Counted from the first letter of the stretch, positions 15,001-29,777 are shown. The stretch: DNA of 64,000 nt from Auanema rhodensis (GCA_964057225.1 OZ059900.1:6820001-6884000), one strand, 5' to 3'. Notes: a model not told the origin generated them from the sequence alone. Made by a program: numbers and translations.

Positions 15001-18000
15001 GTTTATTTTTCATTAGGACCTTACTATTCTAATTGACTGATATGGAAAATCCACAACATACCCGTTTTCGTTTCGAACAAGAAAGTTCGGAAGACAACTA
15101 GCATGAAAAAAGAGATGTGGAAGTTAATTAGTACATGGAAGTTTATTATAAGAATAGTATTCCTTTTGGGAGCTCAGTTACGGTAATGGCAGATAACCTC
15201 AAATGGAGATAGATCTGGACTTCTTTCGAAACTCATTTTCTATTCGTTAACAATTTTTTTAGTTATTATTTTGAAGAGTGGAGTATGTTTGACGATGATG
15301 TCCTATCAATTGCCTCAGTACCCGATGCTCCCATCTCCAACTATGAAGATAAAGATGTTTAAATTTCTGTTAGAAGCTTTGATAGTGCATTTATACAACT
15401 ATTTATTCGGCAGGAAGCAAACAATATACGGTAAAAATTTAAATTTTAATCGTTTATTTTTCATTAGGACCTTACTATTCTAATTGACTGATATGGAAAA
15501 TCCACAACATACCCGTTTTCGTTTCGAACAAGAAAGTTCGGAAGACAACTAGCATGAAAAAAGAGATGTGGAAGTTAATTAGTACATGGAAGTTTATTAT
15601 AAGAATAGTATTCCTTTTGGGAGCTCAGTTACGGTAATGGCAGATAACCTCAAATGGAGATAGATCTGGACTTCTTTCGAAACTCATTTTCTATTCGTTA
15701 ACAATTTTTTTAGTTATTATTTTGAAGAGTGGAGTATGTTTGACGATGATGTCCTATCAATTGCCTCAGTACCCGATGCTCCCATCTCCAACTATGAAGA
15801 TAAAGATGTTTAAATTCCTGTTAGAAGCTTTGATAGTGCATTTATGCAACTATTTATTCGGCAGGAAGCAAACAATATACGGTAAAAATTTAAATTTTAA
15901 TCGTTTATTTTTCATTAGGACCTTACTATTCTAATTGACTGATATGGAAAATCCACAACATACCCGTTTTCGTTTCGAACAAGAAAGTTCGGAAGACAAC
16001 TAGCATGAAAAAAGAGATGTGGAAGTTAATTAGTACATGGAAGTTTATTATAAGAATAGTATTCCTTTTGGGAGCTCAGTTACGGTAATGGCAGATAACC
16101 TCAAATGGAGATAGATCTGGACTTCTTTCGAAACTCATTTTCTATTCGTTAACAATTTTTTTAGTTATTATTTTGAAGAGTGGAGTATGTTTGACGATGA
16201 TGTCCTATCAATTGCCTCAGTACCCGATGCTCCCATCTCCAACTATGAAGATAAAGATGTTTAAATTCCTGTTAGAAGCTTTGATAGTGCATTTATGCAA
16301 CTATTTATTCGGCAGGAAGCAAACAATATACGGTAAAAATTTAAATTTTAATCGTTTATTTTTCATTAGGACCTTACTATTCTAATTGACTGATATGGAA
16401 AATCCACAACATACCCGTTTTCGTTTCGAACAAGAAAGTTCGGAAGACAACTAGCATGAAAAAAGAGATGTGGAAGTTAATTAGTACATGGAAGTTTATT
16501 ATAAGAATAGTATTCCTTTTGGGAGCTCAGTTACGGTAATGGCAGATAACCTCAAATGGAGATAGATCTGGACTTCTTTCGAAACTCATTTTCTATTCGT
16601 TAACAATTTTTTTAGTTATTATTTTGAAGAGTGGAGTATGTTTGACGATGATGTCCTATCAATTGCCTCAGTACCCGATGCTCCCATCTCCAACTATGAA
16701 GATAAAGATGTTTAAATTCCTGTTAGAAGCTTTGATAGTGCATTTATGCAACTATTTATTCGGCAGGAAGCAAACAATATACGGTAAAAATTTAAATTTT
16801 AATCGTTTATTTTTCATTAGGACCTTACTATTCTAATTGACTGATATGGAAAATCCACAACATACCCGTTTTCGTTTCGAACAAGAAAGTTCGGAAGACA
16901 ACTAGCATGAAAAAAGAGATGTGGAAGTTAATTAGTACATGGAAGTTTATTATAAGAATAGTATTCCTTTTGGGAGCTCAGTTACGGTAATGGCAGATAA
17001 CCTCAAATGGAGATAGATCTGGACTTCTTTCGAAACTCATTTTCTATTCGTTAACAATTTTTTTAGTTATTATTTTGAAGAGTGGAGTATGTTTGACGAT
17101 GATGTCCTATCAATTGCCTCAGTACCCGATGCTCCCATCTCCAACTATGAAGATAAAGATGTTTAAATTCCTGTTAGAAGCTTTGATAGTGCATTTATGC
17201 AACTATTTATTCGGCAGGAAGCAAACAATATACGGTAAAAATTTAAATTTTAATCGTTTATTTTTCATTAGGACCTTACTATTCTAATTGACTGATATGG
17301 AAAATCCACAACATACCCGTTTTCGTTTCGAACAAGAAAGTTCGGAAGACAACTAGCATGAAAAAAGAGATGTGGAAGTTAATTAGTACATGGAAGTTTA
17401 TTATAAGAATAGTATTCCTTTTGGGAGCTCAGTTACGGTAATGGCAGATAACCTCAAATGGAGATAGATCTGGACTTCTTTCGAAACTCATTTTCTATTC
17501 GTTAACAATTTTTTTAGTTATTATTTTGAAGAGTGGAGTATGTTTGACGATGATGTCCTATCAATTGCCTCAGTACCCGATGCTCCCATCTCCAACTATG
17601 AAGATAAAGATGTTTAAATTCCTGTTAGAAGCTTTGATAGTGCATTTATGCAACTATTTATTCGGCAGGAAGCAAACAATATACGGTAAAAATTTAAATT
17701 TTAATCGTTTATTTTTCATTAGGACCTTACTATTCTAATTGACTGATATGGAAAATCCACAACATACCCGTTTTCGTTTCGAACAAGAAAGTTCGGAAGA
17801 CAACTAGCATGAAAAAAGAGATGTGGAAGTTAATTAGTACATGGAAGTTTATTATAAGAATAGTATTCCTTTTGGGAGCTCAGTTACGGTAATGGCAGAT
17901 AACCTCAAATGGAGATAGATCTGGACTTCTTTCGAAACTCATTTTCTATTCGTTAACAATTTTTTTAGTTATTATTTTGAAGAGTGGAGTATGTTTGACG

Positions 18001-21000
18001 ATGATGTCCTATCAATTGCCTCAGTACCCGATGCTCCCATCTCCAACTATGAAGATAAAGATGTTTAAATTCCTGTTAGAAGCTTTGATAGTGCATTTAT
18101 GCAACTATTTATTCGGCAGGAAGCAAACAATATACGGTAAAAATTTAAATTTTAATCGTTTATTTTTCATTAGGACCTTACTATTCTAATTGACTGATAT
18201 GGAAAATCCACAACATACCCGTTTTCGTTTCGAACAAGAAAGTTCGGAAGACAACTAGCATGAAAAAAGAGATGTGGAAGTTAATTAGTACATGGAAGTT
18301 TATTATAAGAATAGTATTCCTTTTGGGAGCTCAGTTACGGTAATGGCAGATAACCTCAAATGGAGATAGATCTGGACTTCTTTCGAAACTCATTTTCTAT
18401 TCGTTAACAATTTTTTTAGTTATTATTTTGAAGAGTGGAGTATGTTTGACGATGATGTCCTATCAATTGCCTCAGTACCCGATGCTCCCATCTCCAACTA
18501 TGAAGATAAAGATGTTTAAATTCCTGTTAGAAGCTTTGATAGTGCATTTATGCAACTATTTATTCGGCAGGAAGCAAACAATATACGGTAAAAATTTAAA
18601 TTTTAATCGTTTATTTTTCATTAGGACCTTACTATTCTAATTGACTGATATGGAAAATCCACAACATACCCGTTTTCGTTTCGAACAAGAAAGTTCGGAA
18701 GACAACTAGCATGAAAAAAGAGATGTGGAAGTTAATTAGTACATGGAAGTTTATTATAAGAATAGTATTCCTTTTGGGAGCTCAGTTACGGTAATGGCAG
18801 ATAACCTCAAATGGAGATAGATCTGGACTTCTTTCGAAACTCATTTTCTATTCGTTAACAATTTTTTTAGTTATTATTTTGAAGAGTGGAGTATGTTTGA
18901 CGATGATGTCCTATCAATTGCCTCAGTACCCGATGCTCCCATCTCCAACTATGAAGATAAAGATGTTTATATTCCTGTTAGAAGCTTTGATAGTGCATTT
19001 ATGCAACTATTTATTCGGCAGGAAGCAAACAATATACGGTAAAAATTTAAATTTTAATCGTTTATTTTTCATTAGGACCTTACTATTCTAATTGACTGAT
19101 ATGGAAAATCCACAACATACCCGTTTTCGTTTCGAACAAGAAAGTTCGGAAGACAACTAGCATGAAAAAAGAGATGTGGAAGTTAATTAGTACATGGAAC
19201 TTTATTATAAGAATAGTATTCCTTTTGGGAGCTCAGTTACGGTAATGGCAGATAACCTCAAATGGAGATAGATCTGGACTTCTTTCGAAACTCATTTTCT
19301 ATTCGTTAACAATTTTTTTAGTTATTATTTTGAAGAGTGGAGTATGTTTGACGATGATGTCCTATCAATTGCCTCAGTACCCGATGCTCCCATCTCCAAC
19401 TATGAAGATAAAGATGTTTAAATTCCTGTTAGAAGCTTTGATAGTGCATTTATGCAACTATTTATTCGGCAGGAAGCAAACAATATACGGTAAAAATTTA
19501 AATTTTAATCGTTTATTTTTCATTAGGACCTTACTATTCTAATTGACTGATATGGAAAATCCACAACATACCCGTTTTCGTTTCGAACAAGAAAGTTCGG
19601 AAGACAACTAGCATGAAAAAAGAGATGTGGAAGTTAATTAGTACATGGAACTTTATTATAAGAATAGTATTCCTTTTGGGAGCTCAGTTACGGCAATGGC
19701 AGATAACCTCAAATGGAGATAGATCTGGACTTCTTTCGAAACTCATTTTCTATTCGTTAACAATTTTTTTAGTTATTATTTTGAAGAGTGGAGTATGTTT
19801 GACGATGATGTCCTATCAATTGCCTCAGTACCCGATGCTCCCATCTCCAACTATGAAGATAAAGATGTTTAAATTCCTGTTAGAAGCTTTGATAGTGCAT
19901 TTATGCAACTATTTATTCGGCAGGAAGCAAACAATATACGGTAAAAATTTAAATTTTAATCGTTTATTTTTCATTAGGACCTTACTATTCTAATTGACTG
20001 ATATGGAAAATCCACAACATACCCGTTTTCGTTTCGAACAAGAAAGTTCGGAAGACAACTAGCATGAAAAAAGAGATGTGGAAGTTAATTAGTACATGGA
20101 ACTTTATTATAAGAATAGTATTCCTTTTGGGAGCTCAGTTACGGCAATGGCAGATAACCTCAAATGGAGATAGATCTGGACTTCTTTCGAAACTCATTTT
20201 CTATTCGTTAACAATTTTTTTAGTTATTATTTTGAAGAGTGGAGTATGTTTGACGATGATGTCCTATCAATTGCCTCAGTACCCGATGCTCCCATCTCCA
20301 ACTATGAAGATAAAGATGTTTAAATTCCTGTTAGAAGCTTTGATAGTGCATTTATGCAACTATTTATTCGGCAGGAAGCAAACAATATACGGTAAAAATT
20401 TAAATTTTAATCGTTTATTTTTCATTAGGACCTTACTATTCTAATTGACTGATATGGAAAATCCACAACATACCCGTTTTCGTTTCGAACAAGAAAGTTC
20501 GGAAGACAACTAGCATGAAAAAAGAGATGTGGAAGTTAATTAGTACATGGAACTTTATTATAAGAATAGTATTCCTTTTGGGAGCTCAGTTACGGCAATG
20601 GCAGATAACCTCAAATAGAGATAGATCTGGACTTCTTTCGAAACTCATTTTCTATTCGTTAACAATTTTTTTAGTTATTATTTTGAAGAGTGGAGTATGT
20701 TTGACGATGATGTCCTATCAATTGCCTCAGTACCCGATGCTCCCATCTCCAACTATGAAGATAAAGATGTTTATATTCCTGTTAGAAGCTTTGATAGTGC
20801 ATTTATGCAACTATTTATTCGGCAGGAAGCAAACAATATACGGTAAAAATTTAAATTTTAATCGTTTATTTTTCATTAGGACCTTACTATTCTAATTGAC
20901 TGATATGGAAAATCCACAACATACCCGTTTTCGTTTCGAACAAGAAAGTTCGGAAGACAACTAGCATGAAAAAAGAGATGTGGAAGTTAATTAGTACATG

Positions 21001-24000
21001 GAAGTTTATTATAAGAATAGTATTCCTTTTGGGAGCTCAGTTACGGTAATGGCAGATAACCTCAAATGGAGATAGATCTGGACTTCTTTCGAAACTCATT
21101 TTCTATTCGTTAACAATTTTTTTAGTTATTATTTTGAAGAGTGGAGTATGTTTGACGATGATGTCCTATCAATTGCCTCAGTACCCGATGCTCCCATCTC
21201 CAACTATGAAGATAAAGATGTTTAAATTCCTGTTAGAAGCTTTGATAGTGCATTTATGCAACTATTTATTCGGCAGGAAGCAAACAATATACGGTAAAAA
21301 TTTAAATTTTAATCGTTTATTTTTCATTAGGACCTTACTATTCTAATTGACTGATATGGAAAATCCACAACATACCCGTTTTCGTTTCGAACAAGAAAGT
21401 TCGGAAGACAACTAGCATGAAAAAAGAGATGTGGAAGTTAATTAGTACATGGAAGTTTATTATAAGAATAGTATTCCTTTTGGGAGCTCAGTTACGGTAA
21501 TGGCAGATAACCTCAAATGGAGATAGATCTGGACTTCTTTCGAAACTCATTTTCTATTCGTTAACAATTTTTTTAGTTATTATTTTGAAGAGTGGAGTAT
21601 GTTTGACGATGATGTCCTATCAATTGCCTCAGTACCCGATGCTCCCATCTCCAACTATGAAGATAAAGATGTTTAAATTCCTGTTAGAAGCTTTGATAGT
21701 GCATTTATGCAACTATTTATTCGGCAGGAAGCAAACAATATACGGTAAAAATTTAAATTTTAATCGTTTATTTTTCATTAGGACCTTACTATTCTAATTG
21801 ACTGATATGGAAAATCCACAACATACCCGTTTTCGTTTCGAACAAGAAAGTTCGGAAGACAACTAGCATGAAAAAAGAGATGTGGAAGTTAATTAGTACA
21901 TGGAACTTTATTATAAGAATAGTATTCCTTTTGGGAGCTCAGTTACGGCAATGGCAGATAACCTCAAATAGAGATAGATCTGGACTTCTTTCGAAACTCA
22001 TTTTCTATTCGTTAACAATTTTTTTAGTTATTATTTTGAAGAGTGGAGTATGTTTGACGATGATGTCCTATCAATTGCCTCAGTACCCGATGCTCCCATC
22101 TCCAACTATGAAGATAAAGATGTTTATATTCCTGTTAGAAGCTTTGATAGTGCATTTATGCAACTATTTATTCGGCAGGAAGCAAACAATATACGGTAAA
22201 AATTTAAATTTTAATCGTTTATTTTTCATTAGGACCTTACTATTCTAATTGACTGATATGGAAAATCCACAACATACCCGTTTTCGTTTCGAACAAGAAA
22301 GTTCGGAAGACAACTAGCATGAAAAAAGAGATGTGGAAGTTAATTAGTACATGGAAGTTTATTATAAGAATAGTATTCCTTTTGGGAGCTCAGTTACGGT
22401 AATGGCAGATAACCTCAAATGGAGATAGATCTGGACTTCTTTCGAAACTCATTTTCTATTCGTTAACAATTTTTTTAGTTATTATTTTGAAGAGTGGAGT
22501 ATGTTTGACGATGATGTCCTATCAATTGCCTCAGTACCCGATGCTCCCATCTCCAACTATGAAGATAAAGATGTTTAAATTCCTGTTAGAAGCTTTGATA
22601 GTGCATTTATGCAACTATTTATTCGGCAGGAAGCAAACAATATACGGTAAAAATTTAAATTTTAATCGTTTATTTTTCATTAGGACCTTACTATTCTAAT
22701 TGACTGATATGGAAAATCCACAACATACCCGTTTTCGTTTCGAACAAGAAAGTTCGGAAGACAACTAGCATGAAAAAAGAGATGTGGAAGTTAATTAGTA
22801 CATGGAAGTTTATTATAAGAATAGTATTCCTTTTGGGAGCTCAGTTACGGTAATGGCAGATAACCTCAAATGGAGATAGATCTGGACTTCTTTCGAAACT
22901 CATTTTCTATTCGTTAACAATTTTTTTAGTTATTATTTTGAAGAGTGGAGTATGTTTGACGATGATGTCCTATCAATTGCCTCAGTACCCGATGCTCCCA
23001 TCTCCAACTATGAAGATAAAGATGTTTAAATTCCTGTTAGAAGCTTTGATAGTGCATTTATGCAACTATTTATTCGGCAGGAAGCAAACAATATACGGTA
23101 AAAATTTAAATTTTAATCGTTTATTTTTCATTAGGACCTTACTATTCTAATTGACTGATATGGAAAATCCACAACATACCCGTTTTCGTTTCGAACAAGA
23201 AAGTTCGGAAGACAACTAGCATGAAAAAAGAGATGTGGAAGTTAATTAGTACATGGAAGTTTATTATAAGAATAGTATTCCTTTTGGGAGCTCAGTTACG
23301 GTAATGGCAGATAACCTCAAATGGAGATAGATCTGGACTTCTTTCGAAACTCATTTTCTATTCGTTAACAATTTTTTTAGTTATTATTTTGAAGAGTGGA
23401 GTATGTTTGACGATGATGTCCTATCAATTGCCTCAGTACCCGATGCTCCCATCTCCAACTATGAAGATAAAGATGTTTAAATTCCTGTTAGAAGCTTTGA
23501 TAGTGCATTTATGCAACTATTTATTCGGCAGGAAGCAAACAATATACGGTAAAAATTTAAATTTTAATCGTTTATTTTTCATTAGGACCTTACTATTCTA
23601 ATTGACTGATATGGAAAATCCACAACATACCCGTTTTCGTTTCGAACAAGAAAGTTCGGAAGACAACTAGCATGAAAAAAGAGATGTGGAAGTTAATTAG
23701 TACATGGAAGTTTATTATAAGAATAGTATTCCTTTTGGGAGCTCAGTTACGGTAATGGCAGATAACCTCAAATGGAGATAGATCTGGACTTCTTTCGAAA
23801 CTCATTTTCTATTCGTTAACAATTTTTTTAGTTATTATTTTGAAGAGTGGAGTATGTTTGACGATGATGTCCTATCAATTGCCTCAGTACCCGATGCTCC
23901 CATCTCCAACTATGAAGATAAAGATGTTTAAATTCCTGTTAGAAGCTTTGATAGTGCATTTATGCAACTATTTATTCGGCAGGAAGCAAACAATATACGG

Positions 24001-27000
24001 TAAAAATTTAAATTTTAATCGTTTATTTTTCATTAGGACCTTACTATTCTAATTGACTGATATGGAAAATCCACAACATACCCGTTTTCGTTTCGAACAA
24101 GAAAGTTCGGAAGACAACTAGCATGAAAAAAGAGATGTGGAAGTTAATTAGTACATGGAAGTTTATTATAAGAATAGTATTCCTTTTGGGAGCTCAGTTA
24201 CGGTAATGGCAGATAACCTCAAATGGAGATAGATCTGGACTTCTTTCGAAACTCATTTTCTATTCGTTAACAATTTTTTTAGTTATTATTTTGAAGAGTG
24301 GAGTATGTTTGACGATGATGTCCTATCAATTGCCTCAGTACCCGATGCTCCCATCTCCAACTATGAAGATAAAGATGTTTAAATTTCTGTTAGAAGCTTT
24401 GATAGTGCATTTATACAACTATTTATTCGGCAGGAAGCAAACAATATACGGTAAAAATTTAAATTTTAATCGTTTATTTTTCATTAGGACCTTACTATTC
24501 TAATTGACTGATATGGAAAATCCACAACATACCCGTTTTCGTTTCGAACAAGAAAGTTCGGAAGACAACTAGCATGAAAAAAGAGATGTGGAAGTTAATT
24601 AGTACATGGAAGTTTATTATAAGAATAGTATTCCTTTTGGGAGCTCAGTTACGGTAATGGCAGATAACCTCAAATGGAGATAGATCTGGACTTCTTTCGA
24701 AACTCATTTTCTATTCGTTAACAATTTTTTTAGTTATTATTTTGAAGAGTGGAGTATGTTTGACGATGATGTCCTATCAATTGCCTCAGTACCCGATGCT
24801 CCCATCTCCAACTATGAAGATAAAGATGTTTAAATTCCTGTTAGAAGCTTTGATAGTGCATTTATGCAACTATTTATTCGGCAGGAAGCAAACAATATAC
24901 GGTAAAAATTTAAATTTTAATCGTTTATTTTTCATTAGGACCTTACTATTCTAATTGACTGATATGGAAAATCCACAACATACCCGTTTTCGTTTCGAAC
25001 AAGAAAGTTCGGAAGACAACTAGCATGAAAAAAGAGATGTGGAAGTTAATTAGTACATGGAAGTTTATTATAAGAATAGTATTCCTTTTGGGAGCTCAGT
25101 TACGGTAATGGCAGATAACCTCAAATGGAGATAGATCTGGACTTCTTTCGAAACTCATTTTCTATTCGTTAACAATTTTTTTAGTTATTATTTTGAAGAG
25201 TGGAGTATGTTTGACGATGATGTCCTATCAATTGCCTCAGTACCCGATGCTCCCATCTCCAACTATGAAGATAAAGATGTTTAAATTCCTGTTAGAAGCT
25301 TTGATAGTGCATTTATGCAACTATTTATTCGGCAGGAAGCAAACAATATACGGTAAAAATTTAAATTTTAATCGTTTATTTTTCATTAGGACCTTACTAT
25401 TTTAATTGACTGATATGGAAAATCCACAACATACCCGTTTTCGTTTCGAACAAGAAAGTTCGGAAGACAACTAGCATGAAAAAAGAGATGTGGAAGTTAA
25501 TTAGTACATGGAACTTTATTATAAGAATAGTATTCCTTTTGGGAGCTCAGTTACGGCAATGGCAGATAACCTCAAATGGAGATAGATCTGGACTTCTTTC
25601 GAAACTCATTTTCTATTCGTTAACAATTTTTTTAGTTATTATTTTGAAGAGTGGAGTATGTTTGACGATGATGTCCTATCAATTGCCTCAGTACCCGATG
25701 CTCCCATCTCCAACTATGAAGATAAAGATGTTTAAATTCCTGTTAGAAGCTTTGATAGTGCATTTATGCAACTATTTATTCGGCAGGAAGCAAACAATAT
25801 ACGGTAAAAATTTAAATTTTAATCGTTTATTTTTCATTAGGACCTTACTATTCTAATTGACTGATATGGAATATCCACAACATACCCGTTTTCGTTTCGA
25901 ACAAGAAAGTTCGGAAGACAACTAGCATGAAAAAAGAGATGTGGAAGTTAATTAGTACATGGAACTTTATTATAAGAATAGTATTCCTTTTGGGAGCTCA
26001 GTTACGGCAATGGCAGATAACCTCAAATGGAGATAGATCTGGACTTCTTTCGAAACTCATTTTCTATTCGTTAACAATTTTTTTAGTTATTATTTTGAAG
26101 AGTGGAGTATGTTTGACGATGATGTCCTATCAATTGCCTCAGTACCCGATGCTCCCATCTCCAACTATGAAGATAAAGATGTTTAAATTCCTGTTAGAAG
26201 CTTTGATAGTGCATTTATGCAACTATTTATTCGGCAGGAAGCAAACAATATACGGTAAAAATTTAAATTTTAATCGTTTATTTTTCATTAGGACCTTACT
26301 ATTCTAATTGACTGATATGGAATATCCACAACATACCCGTTTTCGTTTCGAACAAGAAAGTTCGGAAGACAACTAGCATGAAAAAAGAGATGTGGAAGTT
26401 AATTAGTACATGGAACTTTATTATAAGAATAGTATTCCTTTTGGGAGCTCAGTTACGGCAATGGCAGATAACCTCAAATGGAGATAGATCTGGACTTTTT
26501 TCGAAACTCATTTTCTATTCGTTAACAATTTTTTTAGTTATTATTTTGAAGAGTGGAGTATGTTTGACGATGATGTCCTATCAATTGCCTCAGTACCCGA
26601 TGCTCCCATCTCCAACTATGAAGATAAAGATGTTTAAATTCCTGTTAGAAGCTTTGATAGTGCATTTATGCAACTATTTATTCGGCAGGAAGCAAACAAT
26701 ATACGGTAAAAATTTAAATTTTAATCGTTTATTTTTCATTAGGACCTTACTATTTTAATTGACTGATATGGAAAATCCACAACATACCCGTTTTCGTTTC
26801 GAACAAGAAAGTTCGGAAGACAACTAGCATGAAAAAAGAGATGTGGAAGTTAATTAGTACATGGAACTTTATTATAAGAATAGTATTCCTTTTGGGAGCT
26901 CAGTTACGGCAATGGCAGATAACCTCAAATGGAGATAGATCTGGACTTCTTTCGAAACTCATTTTCTATTCGTTAACAATTTTTTTAGTTATTATTTTGA

Positions 27001-29777
27001 AGAGTGGAGTATGTTTGACGATGATGTCCTATCAATTGCCTCAGTACCCGATGCTCCCATCTCCAACTATGAAGATAAAGATGTTTAAATTCCTGTTAGA
27101 AGCTTTGATAGTGCATTTATGCAACTATTTATTCGGCAGGAAGCAAACAATATACGGTAAAAATTTAAATTTTAATCGTTTATTTTTCATTAGGACCTTA
27201 CTATTCCAATTGACTGATATGGAAAATCCACAACATACCCGTTTTCGTTTCGAACAAGAAAGTTCGGAAGACAACTAGCATGAAAAAAGAGATGTGGAAG
27301 TTAATTAGTACATGGAACTTTATTATAAGAATAGTATTCCTTTTGGGAGCTCAGTTACGGCAATGGCAGATAACCTCAAATGGAGATAGATCTGGACTTC
27401 TTTCGAAACTCATTTTCTATTCGTTAACAATTTTTTTAGTTATTATTTTGAAGAGTGGAGTATGTTTGACGATGATGTCCTATCAATTGCCTCAGTACCC
27501 GATGCTCCCATCTCCAACTATGAAGATAAAGATGTTTAAATTCCTGTTAGAAGCTTTGATAGTGCATTTATGCAACTATTTATTCGGCAGGAAGCAAACA
27601 ATATACGGTAAAAATTTAAATTTTAATCGTTTATTTTTCATTAGGACCTTACTATTCTAATTGACTGATATGGAATATCCACAACATACCCGTTTTCGTT
27701 TCGAACAAGAAAGTTCGGAAGACAACTAGCATGAAAAAAGAGATGTGGAAGTTAATTAGTACATGGAACTTTATTATAAGAATAGTATTCCTTTTGGGAG
27801 CTCAGTTACGGCAATGGCAGATAACCTCAAATGGAGATAGATCTGGACTTCTTTCGAAACTCATTTTCTATTCGTTAACAATTTTTTTAGTTATTATTTT
27901 GAAGAGTGGAGTATGTTTGACGATGATGTCCTATCAATTGCCTCAGTACCCGATGCTCCCATCTCCAACTATGAAGATAAAGATGTTTAAATTCCTGTTA
28001 GAAGCTTTGATAGTGCATTTATGCAACTATTTATTCGGCAGGAAGCAAACAATATACGGTAAAAATTTAAATTTTAATCGTTTATTTTTCATTAGGACCT
28101 TACTATTCTAATTGACTGATATGGAAAATCCACAACATACCCGTTTTCGTTTCGAACAAGAAAGTTCGGAAGACAACTAGCATGAAAAAAGAGATGTGGA
28201 AGTTAATTAGTACATGGAAGTTTATTATAAGAATAGTATTCCTTTTGGGAGCTCAGTTACGGTAATGGCAGATAACCTCAAATGGAGATAGATCTGGACT
28301 TCTTTCGAAACTCATTTTCTATTCGTTAACAATTTTTTTAGTTATTATTTTGAAGAGTGGAGTATGTTTGACCATGATGTCCTATCAATTGCCTCAGTAC
28401 CCGATGCTCCCATCTCCAACTATGAAGATAAAGATGTTTAAATTCCTGTTAGAAGCTTTGATAGTGCATTTATGCAACTATTTATTCGGCAGGAAGCAAA
28501 CAATATACGGTAAAAATTTAAATTTTAATCGTTTATTTTTTATTAGGACCTTACTATTCTAATTGACTGATATGGAAAATCCACAACATACCCGTTTTCG
28601 TTTCGAACAAGAAAGTTCGGAAGACAACTAGCATGAAAAAAGAGATGTGGAAGTTAATTAGTACATGGAAGTTTATTATAAGAATAGTATTCCTTTTGGG
28701 AGCTCAGTTACGGTAATGGCAGATAACCTCAAATGGAGATAGATCTGGACTTCTTTCGAAACTCATTTTCTATTCGTTAACAATTTTTTTAGTTATTATT
28801 TTGAAGAGTGGAATATGTTTGACGATGATGTCCTATCAATTGCCTCAGTACCCGATGCTCCCATCTCCAACTATGAAGATAAAGATGTTTAAATTTCTGT
28901 TAGAAGCTTTGATAGTCCATTTATGCAACTATTTATTCGGCAGGAAGCAAACAATATACGGTAAAAATTTAAATTTTAATCGTTTATTTTTCATTAGGAC
29001 CTTACTATTCTAATTGACTGATATGGAAAATCCACAACATACCCGTTTTCGTTTCGAACAAGAAAGTTCGGAAGACAACTAGCATGAAAAAAGAGATGTG
29101 GAAGTTAATTAGTACATGGAAGTTTATTATAAGAATAGTATTCCTTTTGGGAGCTCAGTTACGGTAATGGCAGATAACCTCAAATGGAGATAGATCTGGA
29201 CTTCTTTCGAAACTCATTTTCTATTCGTTAACAATTTTTTTAGTTATTATTTTGAAGAGTGGAGTATGTTTGACCATGATGTCCTATCAATTGCCTCAGT
29301 ACCCGATGCTCCCATCTCCAACTATGAAGATAAAGATGTTTAAATTCCTGTTAGAAGCTTTGATAGTGCATTTATGCAACTATTTATTCGGCAGGAAGCA
29401 AACAATATACGGTAAAAATTTAAATTTTAATCGTTTATTTTTCATTAGGACCTTACTATTCTAATTGACTGATATGGAAAATCCACAACATACCCGTTTT
29501 CGTTTCGAACAAGAAAGTTCGGAAGACAACTAGCATGAAAAAAGAGATGTGGAAGTTAATTAGTACATGGAACTTTATTATAAGAATAGTATTCCTTTTG
29601 GGAGCTCAGTTACGGTAATGGCAGATAACCTCAAATGGAGATAGATCTGGACTTCTTTCGAAACTCATTTTCTATTCGTTAACAATTTTTTTAGTTATTA
29701 TTTTGAAGAGTGGAGTATGTTTGACGATGATGTCCTATCAATTGCCTCAGTACCCGATGCTCCCATCTTTAACTATG
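1..29777 (+). repeat. 451-bp tandem satellite array, ~66 copies, open at the left window edge
   Basis: Near-identical ORF starts recur at 388+451n out to 29252 (64 x 451), so there are no net indels. Only scattered substitutions between copies. The last partial copy diverges at ~29768-29777 (cccatctttaactatgg). Confidence 0.99.
396..708 (+). pseudogene. USP7: USP7/MATH-33-like deubiquitinase gene fragment inside each 451-bp unit (first full copy shown): 2 exons + 37-nt intron
   Basis: Exon 396-547, intron 548-584 (gtaaaa...ttcattag), exon 585-708 translate to WSMFDDDVLSIASVPDAPISNYEDKDV*IPVRSFDSAFMQLFIRQEANNIR/TLLF*LTDMENPQHTRFRFEQESSEDN*HEKRDVEVN*YMEV. This is colinear with the USP7 catalytic-domain end as recalled (WCKFDDDVVSR...NYGG...NAYMLVYIR...VTDHDIPQQL..RLQEE...EAHLYMQV). 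Four in-frame stops. Confidence 0.8.

Noticed and set aside
388-29464. Repeated 70/75/126/149-aa ORFs as a tandem multigene family
   Set aside because: The 70-aa ORF starts at TTG, reads through the intron, and is mostly out of the frame carrying the USP motifs. Longer versions appear or vanish with single SNPs, as expected for satellite by-products.
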